NCBI GenBank assembly: GCA_028701945.1
Contig: JAQVPT010000001.1
Span: 1 to 36,980, forward strand
From: Bacteroidales bacterium
GTDB taxonomy: Bacteria > Bacteroidota > Bacteroidia > Bacteroidales > ML635J-15
Reading direction: 5' to 3'
Length of the DNA: 36,980 nucleotides
Shown: piece by piece, positions 18,816-27,439 of the stretch
How positions within the stretch are numbered: the first letter of the stretch is position 1
How the letters are laid out: each line of letters begins with the position of its first letter
Position numbers and translations under genes: made by a program
The notes under the pieces: generated by a model
Database searches by the model: none
Seen by the model: only the letters and a program-made list of their open reading frames with translations
What the model was told of the DNA's origin: nothing

Positions 18816-20783
18816 ATGAAAAAGAATACTTTGTTTGTGTTAATAATTCTTGTGAGTGCAGTACTTGTAAGTTCTTGTAAAAAAGAAGTGTCGAGCACAA
18901 CAGGCTGGAATTACAACGATCCTAATTTTGGAGGCTTTCAAAACCATCCTGGATATGAACAAGAAACAGGACCAGGTTTGGTATTTATTCAAGGTGGCTC
19001 ATTTGCTATGGGTAGAGTTGAACAAGACGTTATGTACGACTGGAACAACATGCCTCGAAGAGTAACGGTTTCATCTTTTTATATGGACGAAACCGAAGTT
19101 AGAAATATTGATTATAATGAATATCTCTACTGGTTGTCGTATGTTTATGCATCAGATTACCGTTTTTTATATCGCGAAGCTCTTCCCGACACTTTGGTTT
19201 GGAGAGAAAGACTAGCATTTAATGAGCCAATGGTAGAACTGTATCTTAGACATCCTGCATACGAGCAATACCCCGTAGTAGGTGTTTCATGGGTACAAGC
19301 AACAAAATATTGCGAGTGGCGTACTGACCGCGTTAATGAATTAATTTTACTCCGCGAAGGCATTATAGATAAATATGTTGCTCCTCAAGATCAAGCTAAA
19401 CAATTTAATACAGATGCATATTTAATTTATGCCGAAAACCTAGACCTTTCGATTGATGAAACTGGAAAAGGACCCGACGGTAAAGTACACAACCTCTATG
19501 TCGATCCTGCAACTCTTAAAGCAGGTCGTAAAGGTGGAAACGTAAACACTGGAGAAGACAGACGGTGGGTAAGAAGCGAAGATGGTATATTTTTACCGCG
19601 CTACAGACTACCTACAGAAGCCGAATGGGAATTTGCAGCCCTTGCACACATTGGCAATCACTACAAAGAAAGAATTTATGAAAGAAGATTATACCCTTGG
19701 AACGGACACTATATTAGAAATGATAGTCGTGGAGAGGAAAGAGGCATGATGATGGCAAACTCTATGCGTGGACGTGGAGACAATATGGGTGTTGCTGGAG
19801 CACTTAACGACAAAGCAGATATTTCGGGACCAGTAAAATCATATTGGCCAAATGAATACGGCTTATACTGTATGGCTGGTAATGTTAATGAATGGGTAAT
19901 GGATGTTTATAGAGACCTTACTTTTGAAGACATGAACGAATTTAGGCCTTTCAGAGGTAATATTTACACCGACTATCAAGTAATAACAGATCCTAGATCA
20001 GGTGATATTGAACTTACTCCTGAAGCAGAAAATTATTTCGATTACTCAGGTAAGATACTTCGTAAGCCTGTACGAGACGAGGCATGTTATAGCCGTGAAA
20101 ACTATACAACTTCAGACAATAGAAACTATCTTGACGGAGACCTTGAATCTTTAATTCCAAATGGGAATGCCGAAGAATATTGGGTTAAAGGAGATCGATA
20201 TCAAGTTGAGTCGGATGCTATTAAAGTAAATGATCCTATTGCTGAGGGGCTAACTGCCGAAAATGTTGGAGATATTTATCCAGGTGCAACGCTAATGTCG
20301 GGAGGAAACGAAATTTTACTACCTAATGGTGTAAAAGTTGATTTGCAAAACATGACATATATTCTCCCTACTGGACACGAAAAATCTACTGATGGTAATA
20401 TAATGATGCCTGACGGATCGATGATACTCGAAGGTGGAAAATTACAACTAGCAGATGGTAGCATTATTTATCCAGACCAATTCTTTACACGCAAAACTCC
20501 AGATATGTACAAAGATGGTAACTGGGGCGACTACGGTGAATGGGGATTTGGTCAATATAATGCTAGTAATCCTAAAATAAATAAAGGTGATGGCGCTGGA
20601 GGTAACCAGATGTCTTCATTAGTATCTGATAGATCTAGGGTATTTAAAGGCGGCTCGTGGAAAGACAGAGCATATTGGATGGTACCAGGAACACGTCGTT
20701 TCTTAGACGAAAAACTTGCCAGAGCCGATCTCGGATTTAGATGTGCAATGGATAGAGTAGGTTCACCAACATTACCAAAATAA
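18816..20783 (+). CDS. gldJ: Gliding-motility/T9SS lipoprotein GldJ (FGE-sulfatase/SUMF1-like fold)
   Basis: 655 aa. It has a lipobox (VSSC), then GWNYNDPNFGGFQ, GLVFIQGGSF.MGR, MDETEV.N..Y..YL, the C-terminal GGSWKDRAYW and FRCAM. The porU/porV-gldJ-murF neighbourhood matches what I recall of Flavobacterium johnsoniae. Confidence 0.85.
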   Translation: MKKNTLFVLIILVSAVLVSSCKKEVSSTTGWNYNDPNFGGFQNHPGYEQETGPGLVFIQGGSFAMGRVEQDVMYDWNNMPRRVTVSSFYMDETEVRNIDYNEYLYWLSYVYASDYRFLYREALPDTLVWRERLAFNEPMVELYLRHPAYEQYPVVGVSWVQATKYCEWRTDRVNELILLREGIIDKYVAPQDQAKQFNTDAYLIYAENLDLSIDETGKGPDGKVHNLYVDPATLKAGRKGGNVNTGEDRRWVRSEDGIFLPRYRLPTEAEWEFAALAHIGNHYKERIYERRLYPWNGHYIRNDSRGEERGMMMANSMRGRGDNMGVAGALNDKADISGPVKSYWPNEYGLYCMAGNVNEWVMDVYRDLTFEDMNEFRPFRGNIYTDYQVITDPRSGDIELTPEAENYFDYSGKILRKPVRDEACYSRENYTTSDNRNYLDGDLESLIPNGNAEEYWVKGDRYQVESDAIKVNDPIAEGLTAENVGDIYPGATLMSGGNEILLPNGVKVDLQNMTYILPTGHEKSTDGNIMMPDGSMILEGGKLQLADGSIIYPDQFFTRKTPDMYKDGNWGDYGEWGFGQYNASNPKINKGDGAGGNQMSSLVSDRSRVFKGGSWKDRAYWMVPGTRRFLDEKLARADLGFRCAMDRVGSPTLPK

Positions 20784-20803
20784 TAACTCATATTAATAAA
20801 TTT

Positions 20804-20830
20804 AAAACCCCAATTTGGGGTTTTACTTTT
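20804..20830 (+). terminator. Rho-independent terminator between gldJ and murF
   Basis: aaaacccca / tggggtttt 9-bp stem with a 3-nt loop, followed by actttttat. It ends within a few bp of the murF ATG at 20832. Confidence 0.7.
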
Positions 20831-20831
20831 T

Positions 20832-22124
20832 ATGAATACAATCGAGCAAATATATTCCATATTCAAGGTTTGTAAAAAGATAAATACAGATTCTAGGATA
20901 ATTACACCTAATTCAATATTTTTTGCTCTCAAAGGAGAAAATTTTGACGGCGATAAATTTGTCGAAGACGCATTAGAAAAAGGTAGCATAGCTGCTATCA
21001 CATCTGACATAAGATTTAAAGATACCGAAAATGTTTTCTACGTACCCGACACATTAAAAACGCTACAAGATCTTGCTAATTATCATCGGAGGCAGCTTAA
21101 AATTCCAATTATTGGAATCACAGGAAGTAATGGCAAAACTACAACTAAAGAACTGCTGGCATCAGTATTAGCCCAAAAAATTAGAGTTGCCTATACTGGA
21201 GGAAATAAAAATAATCATATAGGGGTTCCTCTAACTTTATTGGCAATGAATCATACCGTAGATATAGGTATTATTGAGATGGGGGCAAATCATCAAGGAG
21301 AAATAAAAACATTGTGCGAAATTGCAGAACCTGAGTATGGTCTCATTACAAATATTGGCAAAGCACACTTAGAAGGTTTCGGAACAATTGAAACAGTAAA
21401 ACAAACCAAAGGAGAGCTATACGATTACTTAAAGCAACATAATGGAGTTATTTTTAGTAATATTGACAATGAAATACTTAAGGAATTATTAGGTAATTAT
21501 TCATCTGTAGGATATGGTAAATCTAAAAATTCATATTGCAGAGGAATTTATTCAGAGTTTGGATACGAAGCCGCAGTTGAGTGGGAAACCAACAATGAAA
21601 AAGGTTTAGCGAAATCTAATTTGATTGGAGAATACAATTTCGAGAACATTCTTGCTGCAATAACGATTGGTGCGTATTTTAATGTTCCATCCACGGCTAT
21701 CGACAACGCTATTGCCTGCTATTATCCTCGAAATAATAGATCGCAACATGTAAAAACTGTTAGAAATTCTCTTATACTAGACTTTTATAATGCGAACCCC
21801 ACCAGCATGATAGCTGCAATTGATAATTTTGACAGAATCGTAGATAAAAATAAATGTCTCATACTTGGAGACATGTTAGAACTAGGCAGCGAGAGCACCA
21901 AAGAACACAAGAACATTCTTGAAAAGATTGAAAACATGAACTTCCGAAAAGTTTACCTCGTAGGAAATGAATTTTATAATTTCAACAATAAATATGAGTT
22001 TATGTTCTTTAAAAAAGTTGAAGATCTAGCACTACACCTAGTAAAAAAGCCAGAAATAGGAAAAGCTTTTCTAATTAAAGGGTCTAGAGGCATTAAACTT
22101 GAAAAGTGTACTGATTATTTATAG
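20832..22124 (+). CDS. murF: UDP-N-acetylmuramoyl-tripeptide--D-alanyl-D-alanine ligase
   Basis: 430 aa. It shows TDSR-type N-terminus (NTDSRIITPNSIFFALKGENFDGDKF), the P-loop GITGSNGKTTTKE, and the C-terminal LIKGSRGIKLE. Confidence 0.93.
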   Translation: MNTIEQIYSIFKVCKKINTDSRIITPNSIFFALKGENFDGDKFVEDALEKGSIAAITSDIRFKDTENVFYVPDTLKTLQDLANYHRRQLKIPIIGITGSNGKTTTKELLASVLAQKIRVAYTGGNKNNHIGVPLTLLAMNHTVDIGIIEMGANHQGEIKTLCEIAEPEYGLITNIGKAHLEGFGTIETVKQTKGELYDYLKQHNGVIFSNIDNEILKELLGNYSSVGYGKSKNSYCRGIYSEFGYEAAVEWETNNEKGLAKSNLIGEYNFENILAAITIGAYFNVPSTAIDNAIACYYPRNNRSQHVKTVRNSLILDFYNANPTSMIAAIDNFDRIVDKNKCLILGDMLELGSESTKEHKNILEKIENMNFRKVYLVGNEFYNFNNKYEFMFFKKVEDLALHLVKKPEIGKAFLIKGSRGIKLEKCTDYL

Positions 22125-23266
22125 TCTTGTTTTTTTCTACTTCCACTATAAATCGAATATTTATGCAGGCGGCACTCCAGCTGACCATTATATAAAATCC
22201 ATTTTTTGTCAGGCTTCATACCAACAAATTTTATAGCCACCATATCAGATGAGATTATCCACGCAGTATAACCAGCGTAATCAAATTTTAATTTATCACC
22301 TATTTTTTTGTAAAAATCATTAGCATCATCAAGTTTCATTCTAGTTCCATAAGGAGGATTACTAAAGATTACACCTTTTTCTGATAAAGATTTGGACGTA
22401 AAAAAATCGCTAGCAACAATTTTTACATCATGTGCTTTGTCAAGTTTATATAAATTAATCTTAGACAGGCGCAAAGCCTCTGGATCAATGTCGCAACCCA
22501 TTATATTAGCTTTTGACTCGCAAATCGAAGCTTTCGCTTGAGTCAAAATTTTCTTCCACTCAGCAGAATCAAAATTATTCCAATTCATAAAAGAAAATTG
22601 TTTCCTACTAATCCCTGCTGGCATATTACGAGCCATCATATATGCTTCAGTAAGAAATGTACCACTTCCACACATAGGGTCAAGAAAGTCTCCAGTAAGA
22701 TCCCAGCCACTCAATTGAATTATTCCGGCAGCGAGACATTCATTAATTGAAGCTTCGCCAATTTCTTTATCAAATCCTCTAAAATACAGTGCTTGCCCTG
22801 AACTATCGAGATACAAATTACAAGTATCATCAGTAAGATAAATGCTAATCTTGACATCTGGATTCTTGATATCTACATTAGGTCTGTCACCAAACTTATC
22901 ACGAAAATAATCTACAACAGCATCTTTTGTCTTTTGCTCTAAAAAAAGGCTGTGATTCATAGTTTCTGATACAGTAACTACACTAACTGCAATCGTTTGA
23001 CGCAAATCAAAATAATCGTTCCACGCTATAGAATAAATATATTTATAAAGTTGCTCCTCATTCTCGACTCTCTCCTGCCCTATTTTTACTAAAACACTTA
23101 AAGCACATCTTAGATGCAAATTACACTTATACACCATCGACAAATCACCTTGAAACTCAACTGCACGCCTAAGTATTTTAACATCATTTATACCTAAAAC
23201 TTCTAATTCTTTAACTAAAACCTCCTCTAGTCCAAATAAAGTTTTTACAACTATTGTATATATCAT
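22115..23266 (-). CDS. THUMP-domain class I SAM-dependent RNA methyltransferase (RlmL N-terminal / YpsC-like)
   Basis: 383 aa. A THUMP-like N-terminus (TLFGLEEVLVKELEVLG) precedes a methyltransferase core with DPMCGSGTF and the NPPYG motif. Confidence 0.85.
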   Translation of the reverse strand: MIYTIVVKTLFGLEEVLVKELEVLGINDVKILRRAVEFQGDLSMVYKCNLHLRCALSVLVKIGQERVENEEQLYKYIYSIAWNDYFDLRQTIAVSVVTVSETMNHSLFLEQKTKDAVVDYFRDKFGDRPNVDIKNPDVKISIYLTDDTCNLYLDSSGQALYFRGFDKEIGEASINECLAAGIIQLSGWDLTGDFLDPMCGSGTFLTEAYMMARNMPAGISRKQFSFMNWNNFDSAEWKKILTQAKASICESKANIMGCDIDPEALRLSKINLYKLDKAHDVKIVASDFFTSKSLSEKGVIFSNPPYGTRMKLDDANDFYKKIGDKLKFDYAGYTAWIISSDMVAIKFVGMKPDKKWILYNGQLECRLHKYSIYSGSRKKQDYK

Positions 23267-23267
23267 T

Positions 23268-23906
23268 TTACAAGTTTTTAGAAATTATTTTTGACGTTTT
23301 TGCTGCGACACGTCTAGCTGATTTGCGACTTAAATCAAACATAACATCATCATCAAGCTCCTTGTAAGTATATTTTGAGCCATCCTTATTTTCACCAAAA
23401 ATCATTTGCAATAATGTACGATTATTAGAAAGCTCTTCGGATTTTGAGAAACTTGACGAATAGAATTTAAGCAATTTTTCACGTCCAGTCTTATCAGTTT
23501 TGTATAATCTTAAATTAGCATTAAAATTACAATCAACAACATCAAACCTTTCAGGAATAGTTGTCTTACCATCAGTATATACCGATTCGGTTTCAAACTT
23601 CTCGGAAAAAGTAATCCTATTTACCTGCAACGAATACATAGCATTAGTAGAACTATTTTTATGCTCTTTGGTAACAGTTTCAATATTATAACTGTGTAAT
23701 GAACTTTTAAGTTCTGTAATAAATGCATTAAGATACTCGCCTCCCAATGATTTATCAACATATTTATTTGATGTTGTCTGATACGAGTCCGCATAATGGG
23801 AAACATCAATAACAACCGACACTTTATTATCAAGTTTGTGTCCAACCGCACAAGAACTAAAAACGACTGACAAGACACCGATAAAATAGAACAATTTCTT
23901 TTTCAT
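23268..23906 (-). CDS. Hypothetical lipoprotein
   Basis: 212 aa with a signal peptide and lipobox (VFSSC). Its stop is 1 bp from the start of the downstream methyltransferase gene. I did not recognise any family. Confidence 0.55.
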   Translation of the reverse strand: MKKKLFYFIGVLSVVFSSCAVGHKLDNKVSVVIDVSHYADSYQTTSNKYVDKSLGGEYLNAFITELKSSLHSYNIETVTKEHKNSSTNAMYSLQVNRITFSEKFETESVYTDGKTTIPERFDVVDCNFNANLRLYKTDKTGREKLLKFYSSSFSKSEELSNNRTLLQMIFGENKDGSKYTYKELDDDVMFDLSRKSARRVAAKTSKIISKNL

Positions 23907-23920
23907 AAATTAAGTTTTAG

Positions 23921-23928
23921 CAAAGATA
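23921..23928 (-). promoter_or_regulatory. Candidate -7 box (TAtcTTTG on the minus strand) for the lipoprotein/THUMP-methyltransferase pair
   Basis: Plus-strand caaagata lies 15 bp upstream of the ATG at 23906. Confidence 0.4.
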
Positions 23929-23992
23929 ATCAGAATTTCATAAAAAACTGAAAGTAATACATTTTATCAGTTCGCCTCTTAACCACCTATTT

Positions 23993-26308
23993 TCAATAAT
24001 CAAAAGCCTTTTTATTAAATACGACATAACCAAAGTGGAGCATAAAATACATCGATCTGGAATCTGTTTCATAATAATTGACTGTAAACGCTAATGGTCC
24101 CAATGGGGTATTATAAACAAGCCCTGCAGCACCTATCAAATGAATATATGCAAAACGCTCACTATAATAAGGCAAATAAACCTGATCGTAAGGAACATCT
24201 TTAAGTATTTTTTCAAATGGTAAAAATGCATAAACCTCAAATCGCATATTAAGATTCTCAGATAAAAAAATTACAGGTTTTAAGCCAACCGCCGCAAAAG
24301 AATTTGCATGGTAATTAGGTAAAAACAATGTTCTACTGTGAGGAGTTGGCGAAAATACTGGAGCCGAAAGCACACTAGAGGTATAATTTCTAAACAAAGG
24401 TTTAGTAGTCATCATCAATTCTCCATAAAAACCTAATACAAAATGTTTACTAACTTGGGAATAAGAATCAGAAAGCACATTAACTTGCAACCACGAATGT
24501 TTTTTCAAAAAACGTTCAGATACAGCGGTTGTCGAACCTGGAGTATTTTCCTCATTACCTGAGACATATCTTACACTTATTAAACTGCGACTTCCCTTAT
24601 TCGCGTAATCCATAAAATTATGATTATTTTTAATAAAACTAAGGTAAACAGTATTAAGCGAAAAAGATGTTAAGTCAGCTGTATCATTTTGTAAAAAATT
24701 ATTTACTTGAAAATAATCATAAGACTGCTGAGCAGATGCATATCCAAGTTTTACGATTGACATTCTAGTTAAAGGTGTCATAATGTCAAATCGAGTATTA
24801 TTATCTGAGTTAATCAAATATGGGGGTCGATAATCGAGTGCAAACAATCTTGAGTTCCCTTTAAAGAAGTCGAACCGATTTACATTTGCAGCAATTTCGA
24901 GAGCTAAAGGCACTCTAAAAGGAAAATCGAAGCGTCCCGACAGATGCAACGAACTGTATAAACGTCCAAAATAAGCATTTGTATTAAATAAAAAAGACAT
25001 TCTATTTAAGATTTTATAATTAAATCCAACAAATCCGGTATTTGAGAACCCCGTTGATAATCCAGCACCAAATAAAACATTTGCTCGTTTTTGCTTTTTT
25101 ATATCCAAAACAACATCAAAAAAACCTGTTGAATCAATATATTTTGCGACAGGTGTAGCAGATTCAATCTGATAATCAGATATTAATTTATAATATTCGG
25201 ATTCAAATTGTCGTAAAGTCAATTTTTCAGTCTTACCTTTAAGTGATTTTAAAATATAGTCTTCTGATTTTTCTGGTATTCCATTAACAGAAAACTTATC
25301 AAATTTTAACAATGGAACCCTCATCTTAAATATTTCACGCCTTGCTCTCAACTCTGGCAATAAAACTCGTCTATGTATTCTAGTTTTAATACTATCCATC
25401 ATCAGCATACACTCATCGTATCCTCGTTTAGCGAACTCGTCTAATCTATTAAATTCCAACAACCCAATATCTTTAAAATCGATATTTAAAGTAATCCCTT
25501 CAGCATTTGGCACGTCATATTCCTTTTTAGCACCAATAATAAGGTGCTGAATTTGCAATAACAAATTATCAGGATTTGGTTTGGCAGAGTAGTTCGTAAC
25601 GCTAACACCAATCATTATGTCAGGGTTAAATTCATCTCGCATTACATCGATTGGAAAATTATTAAATATCCCTCCATCAAAAAAAAGGACACTATCAATC
25701 ATTACAGGTTTAAAATAGAACGGAAATGTCATCGACGCCCTTATTGATTGACCTAAATCTCCACTTTTAAAAACGACTTCACAACTTTTATACACATCTG
25801 CACCAACACAACGGAATGGGACAAAAAGATTATCAAAATTATTATTTGAAGCAGCGGTATATTGAGAAAAATACTCCATAATACCAAAGTCCATTGGCTG
25901 AGTTGCAACAATATTTGTCGGTAAAACAATACTTACTCCGTCATCAGCTTTAGTAAATCCCAAACTAAAAGCAGAAGCATCTTTTTCAGTCTTTTTAAAA
26001 TAATAAAACTGTTCATCTGGAATTCGACCTTTATAATAATTCATGAATTTCTTATCGCGAAAAATTGCCTCCATTTCGTCTGGACTAAATCCTACAGAAT
26101 ACAATCCGCCAACAATTGCTCCAATAGATGTACCAGCTACATAATCAATAGGAATATTATTTTCTTCAAGGGCGCGTATTACACCAATATGAGCAAGTCC
26201 TTTTGAACCACCACCACTCAAAACAAGACCTACGGATTGAGAAGAAGCATAAATAACCGTCGTCATCCATACAATAAGTAACAGTAATATTTTGATTTCT
26301 TTTCTCAA
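23993..26308 (-). CDS. Patatin-like phospholipase fused to an Omp85/BamA-like outer-membrane beta-barrel (PlpD-like)
   Basis: 771 aa. It has a signal peptide, the patatin oxyanion motif (GLVLSGGGSKGLAHIGV), the GxSxG nucleophile (AGTSIGA) and the catalytic Asp region (FFDGGIFNNFP). A long C-terminal region has beta-barrel character and ends in an aromatic residue. Confidence 0.85.
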   Translation of the reverse strand: MRKEIKILLLLIVWMTTVIYASSQSVGLVLSGGGSKGLAHIGVIRALEENNIPIDYVAGTSIGAIVGGLYSVGFSPDEMEAIFRDKKFMNYYKGRIPDEQFYYFKKTEKDASAFSLGFTKADDGVSIVLPTNIVATQPMDFGIMEYFSQYTAASNNNFDNLFVPFRCVGADVYKSCEVVFKSGDLGQSIRASMTFPFYFKPVMIDSVLFFDGGIFNNFPIDVMRDEFNPDIMIGVSVTNYSAKPNPDNLLLQIQHLIIGAKKEYDVPNAEGITLNIDFKDIGLLEFNRLDEFAKRGYDECMLMMDSIKTRIHRRVLLPELRARREIFKMRVPLLKFDKFSVNGIPEKSEDYILKSLKGKTEKLTLRQFESEYYKLISDYQIESATPVAKYIDSTGFFDVVLDIKKQKRANVLFGAGLSTGFSNTGFVGFNYKILNRMSFLFNTNAYFGRLYSSLHLSGRFDFPFRVPLALEIAANVNRFDFFKGNSRLFALDYRPPYLINSDNNTRFDIMTPLTRMSIVKLGYASAQQSYDYFQVNNFLQNDTADLTSFSLNTVYLSFIKNNHNFMDYANKGSRSLISVRYVSGNEENTPGSTTAVSERFLKKHSWLQVNVLSDSYSQVSKHFVLGFYGELMMTTKPLFRNYTSSVLSAPVFSPTPHSRTLFLPNYHANSFAAVGLKPVIFLSENLNMRFEVYAFLPFEKILKDVPYDQVYLPYYSERFAYIHLIGAAGLVYNTPLGPLAFTVNYYETDSRSMYFMLHFGYVVFNKKAFDY

Positions 26309-26342
26309 TTTATATTTGCTAAAATTTATTTACACTTAGACA

Positions 26343-26350
26343 CAAAAATA
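26343..26350 (-). promoter_or_regulatory. Candidate -7 box (TAttTTTG on the minus strand) for the patatin gene
   Basis: Plus-strand caaaaata lies 35 bp upstream of the ATG at 26308. Confidence 0.35.
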
Positions 26351-26508
26351 CAAAATTTGTGGTATAAAGTTACACTATTATTCTAACAAAACCAATACGA
26401 AATTATTGTTTTATAGTAAGTTTTTTTGTAAAAAAACATTTAATTATTATTAATTGAAATTTTATCTTTTTTGTTAGCTCGATTTTAACCAATTTTGCAA
26501 TAATATTT

Positions 26509-27366
26509 ATGAGAAGTAAAATCAAATCATATTTATCGTTAATAAAATTTAGCCATACAGTTTTTGCAATGCCTTTTGCTCTAACAGCTTATTTTATGGC
26601 AATAAAAGAACCAGGGCAAATCTTTGAATGGAGAACTCTAATACTTGTGATATTTTCGATGATATTTGCCCGCAATAGTGCAATGGCTTTTAACAGATAC
26701 ACCGATAGGTTTATCGATGCAAAAAATCCACGAACTCAAAAGCGAGAAATACCAGATAGAATAATATCTGCAAAAAACGCACTAATATTTACAATAATAA
26801 ACTCTATTCTATTTATCATATCATCTTCATTTATAAACACTTACACTTTATTATTGTCGCCCCTAGCCTTATTCATTGTGCTTGGATACTCATACACGAA
26901 ACGCTTTACATTTTTATCTCATATATTTCTAGGTCTCGGACTTGCAATCGCTCCAGCTGGAGCATATATCGCAGTTACTGGAATGCTCAGCCCAGCAGTT
27001 ATGATGTTATCTGCTTCAGTTTTACTTTGGACTGCTGGATTCGACATTATATACTCGCTTCAGGACGAAGAATTTGATAAAGAGCATCAATTATTTTCTA
27101 TCCCCGCAAAAATTGGACGAAAAAACTCATTATGGGTTTCTACTGGATTACATTTTATAGCTATCATATTTATGCTTTTATGGGCTTTTCTAATGTCAGC
27201 AAATCTCCTTCAATGGATAGGTATAGGCGTTTTTACAGCACTTTTAATTTATCAACATATAATTGTAAAGCCTAATGACATTTCAAAAGTCAATATAGCT
27301 TTTGGAACTACTAATGGGATTGCTTCAATTTGTCTTGCAATAGCCACAATTATTTCTTTGCTGTAA
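26509..27366 (+). CDS. UbiA-family aromatic prenyltransferase (4-hydroxybenzoate polyprenyltransferase-like)
   Basis: 285 aa, polytopic membrane protein. It has the first Asp-rich motif (NRYTDRFIDAKNPRT) and the second (DIIYSLQDEEFD). Confidence 0.85.
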   Translation: MRSKIKSYLSLIKFSHTVFAMPFALTAYFMAIKEPGQIFEWRTLILVIFSMIFARNSAMAFNRYTDRFIDAKNPRTQKREIPDRIISAKNALIFTIINSILFIISSSFINTYTLLLSPLALFIVLGYSYTKRFTFLSHIFLGLGLAIAPAGAYIAVTGMLSPAVMMLSASVLLWTAGFDIIYSLQDEEFDKEHQLFSIPAKIGRKNSLWVSTGLHFIAIIFMLLWAFLMSANLLQWIGIGVFTALLIYQHIIVKPNDISKVNIAFGTTNGIASICLAIATIISLL

Positions 27367-27381
27367 AGTACTCTCTCTAAT

Positions 27382-27406
27382 TATTCTTCGAGTAACTCGA
27401 AGAATA
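27382..27406. terminator. Perfect 12+1+12 palindrome at the ubiA-like/cinA convergence point (bidirectional terminator candidate). It shares a 17-nt core with the array hairpin.
   Basis: tattcttcgagt-a-actcgaagaata. The core cttcgagtaactcgaag (27386-27402) is identical to the core of the palindrome repeated 8 times at 10637-11627. Confidence 0.6.
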
Positions 27407-27439
27407 GATGACGAGAAAATACTATACTCACACAGACAT

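Noticed and set aside
20552-21010. 152-aa minus-strand ORF spanning the gldJ-murF junction
   Set aside because: It is antisense to two well-supported genes and crosses the terminator hairpin, and it resembles no known protein. The same applies to the other antisense ORFs in the track, for example 1210-1491, 1654-2049, 3112-3435, 6103-6399, 7004-7291, 14317-14723, 16718-16966, 27885-28163 and 33083-33662.
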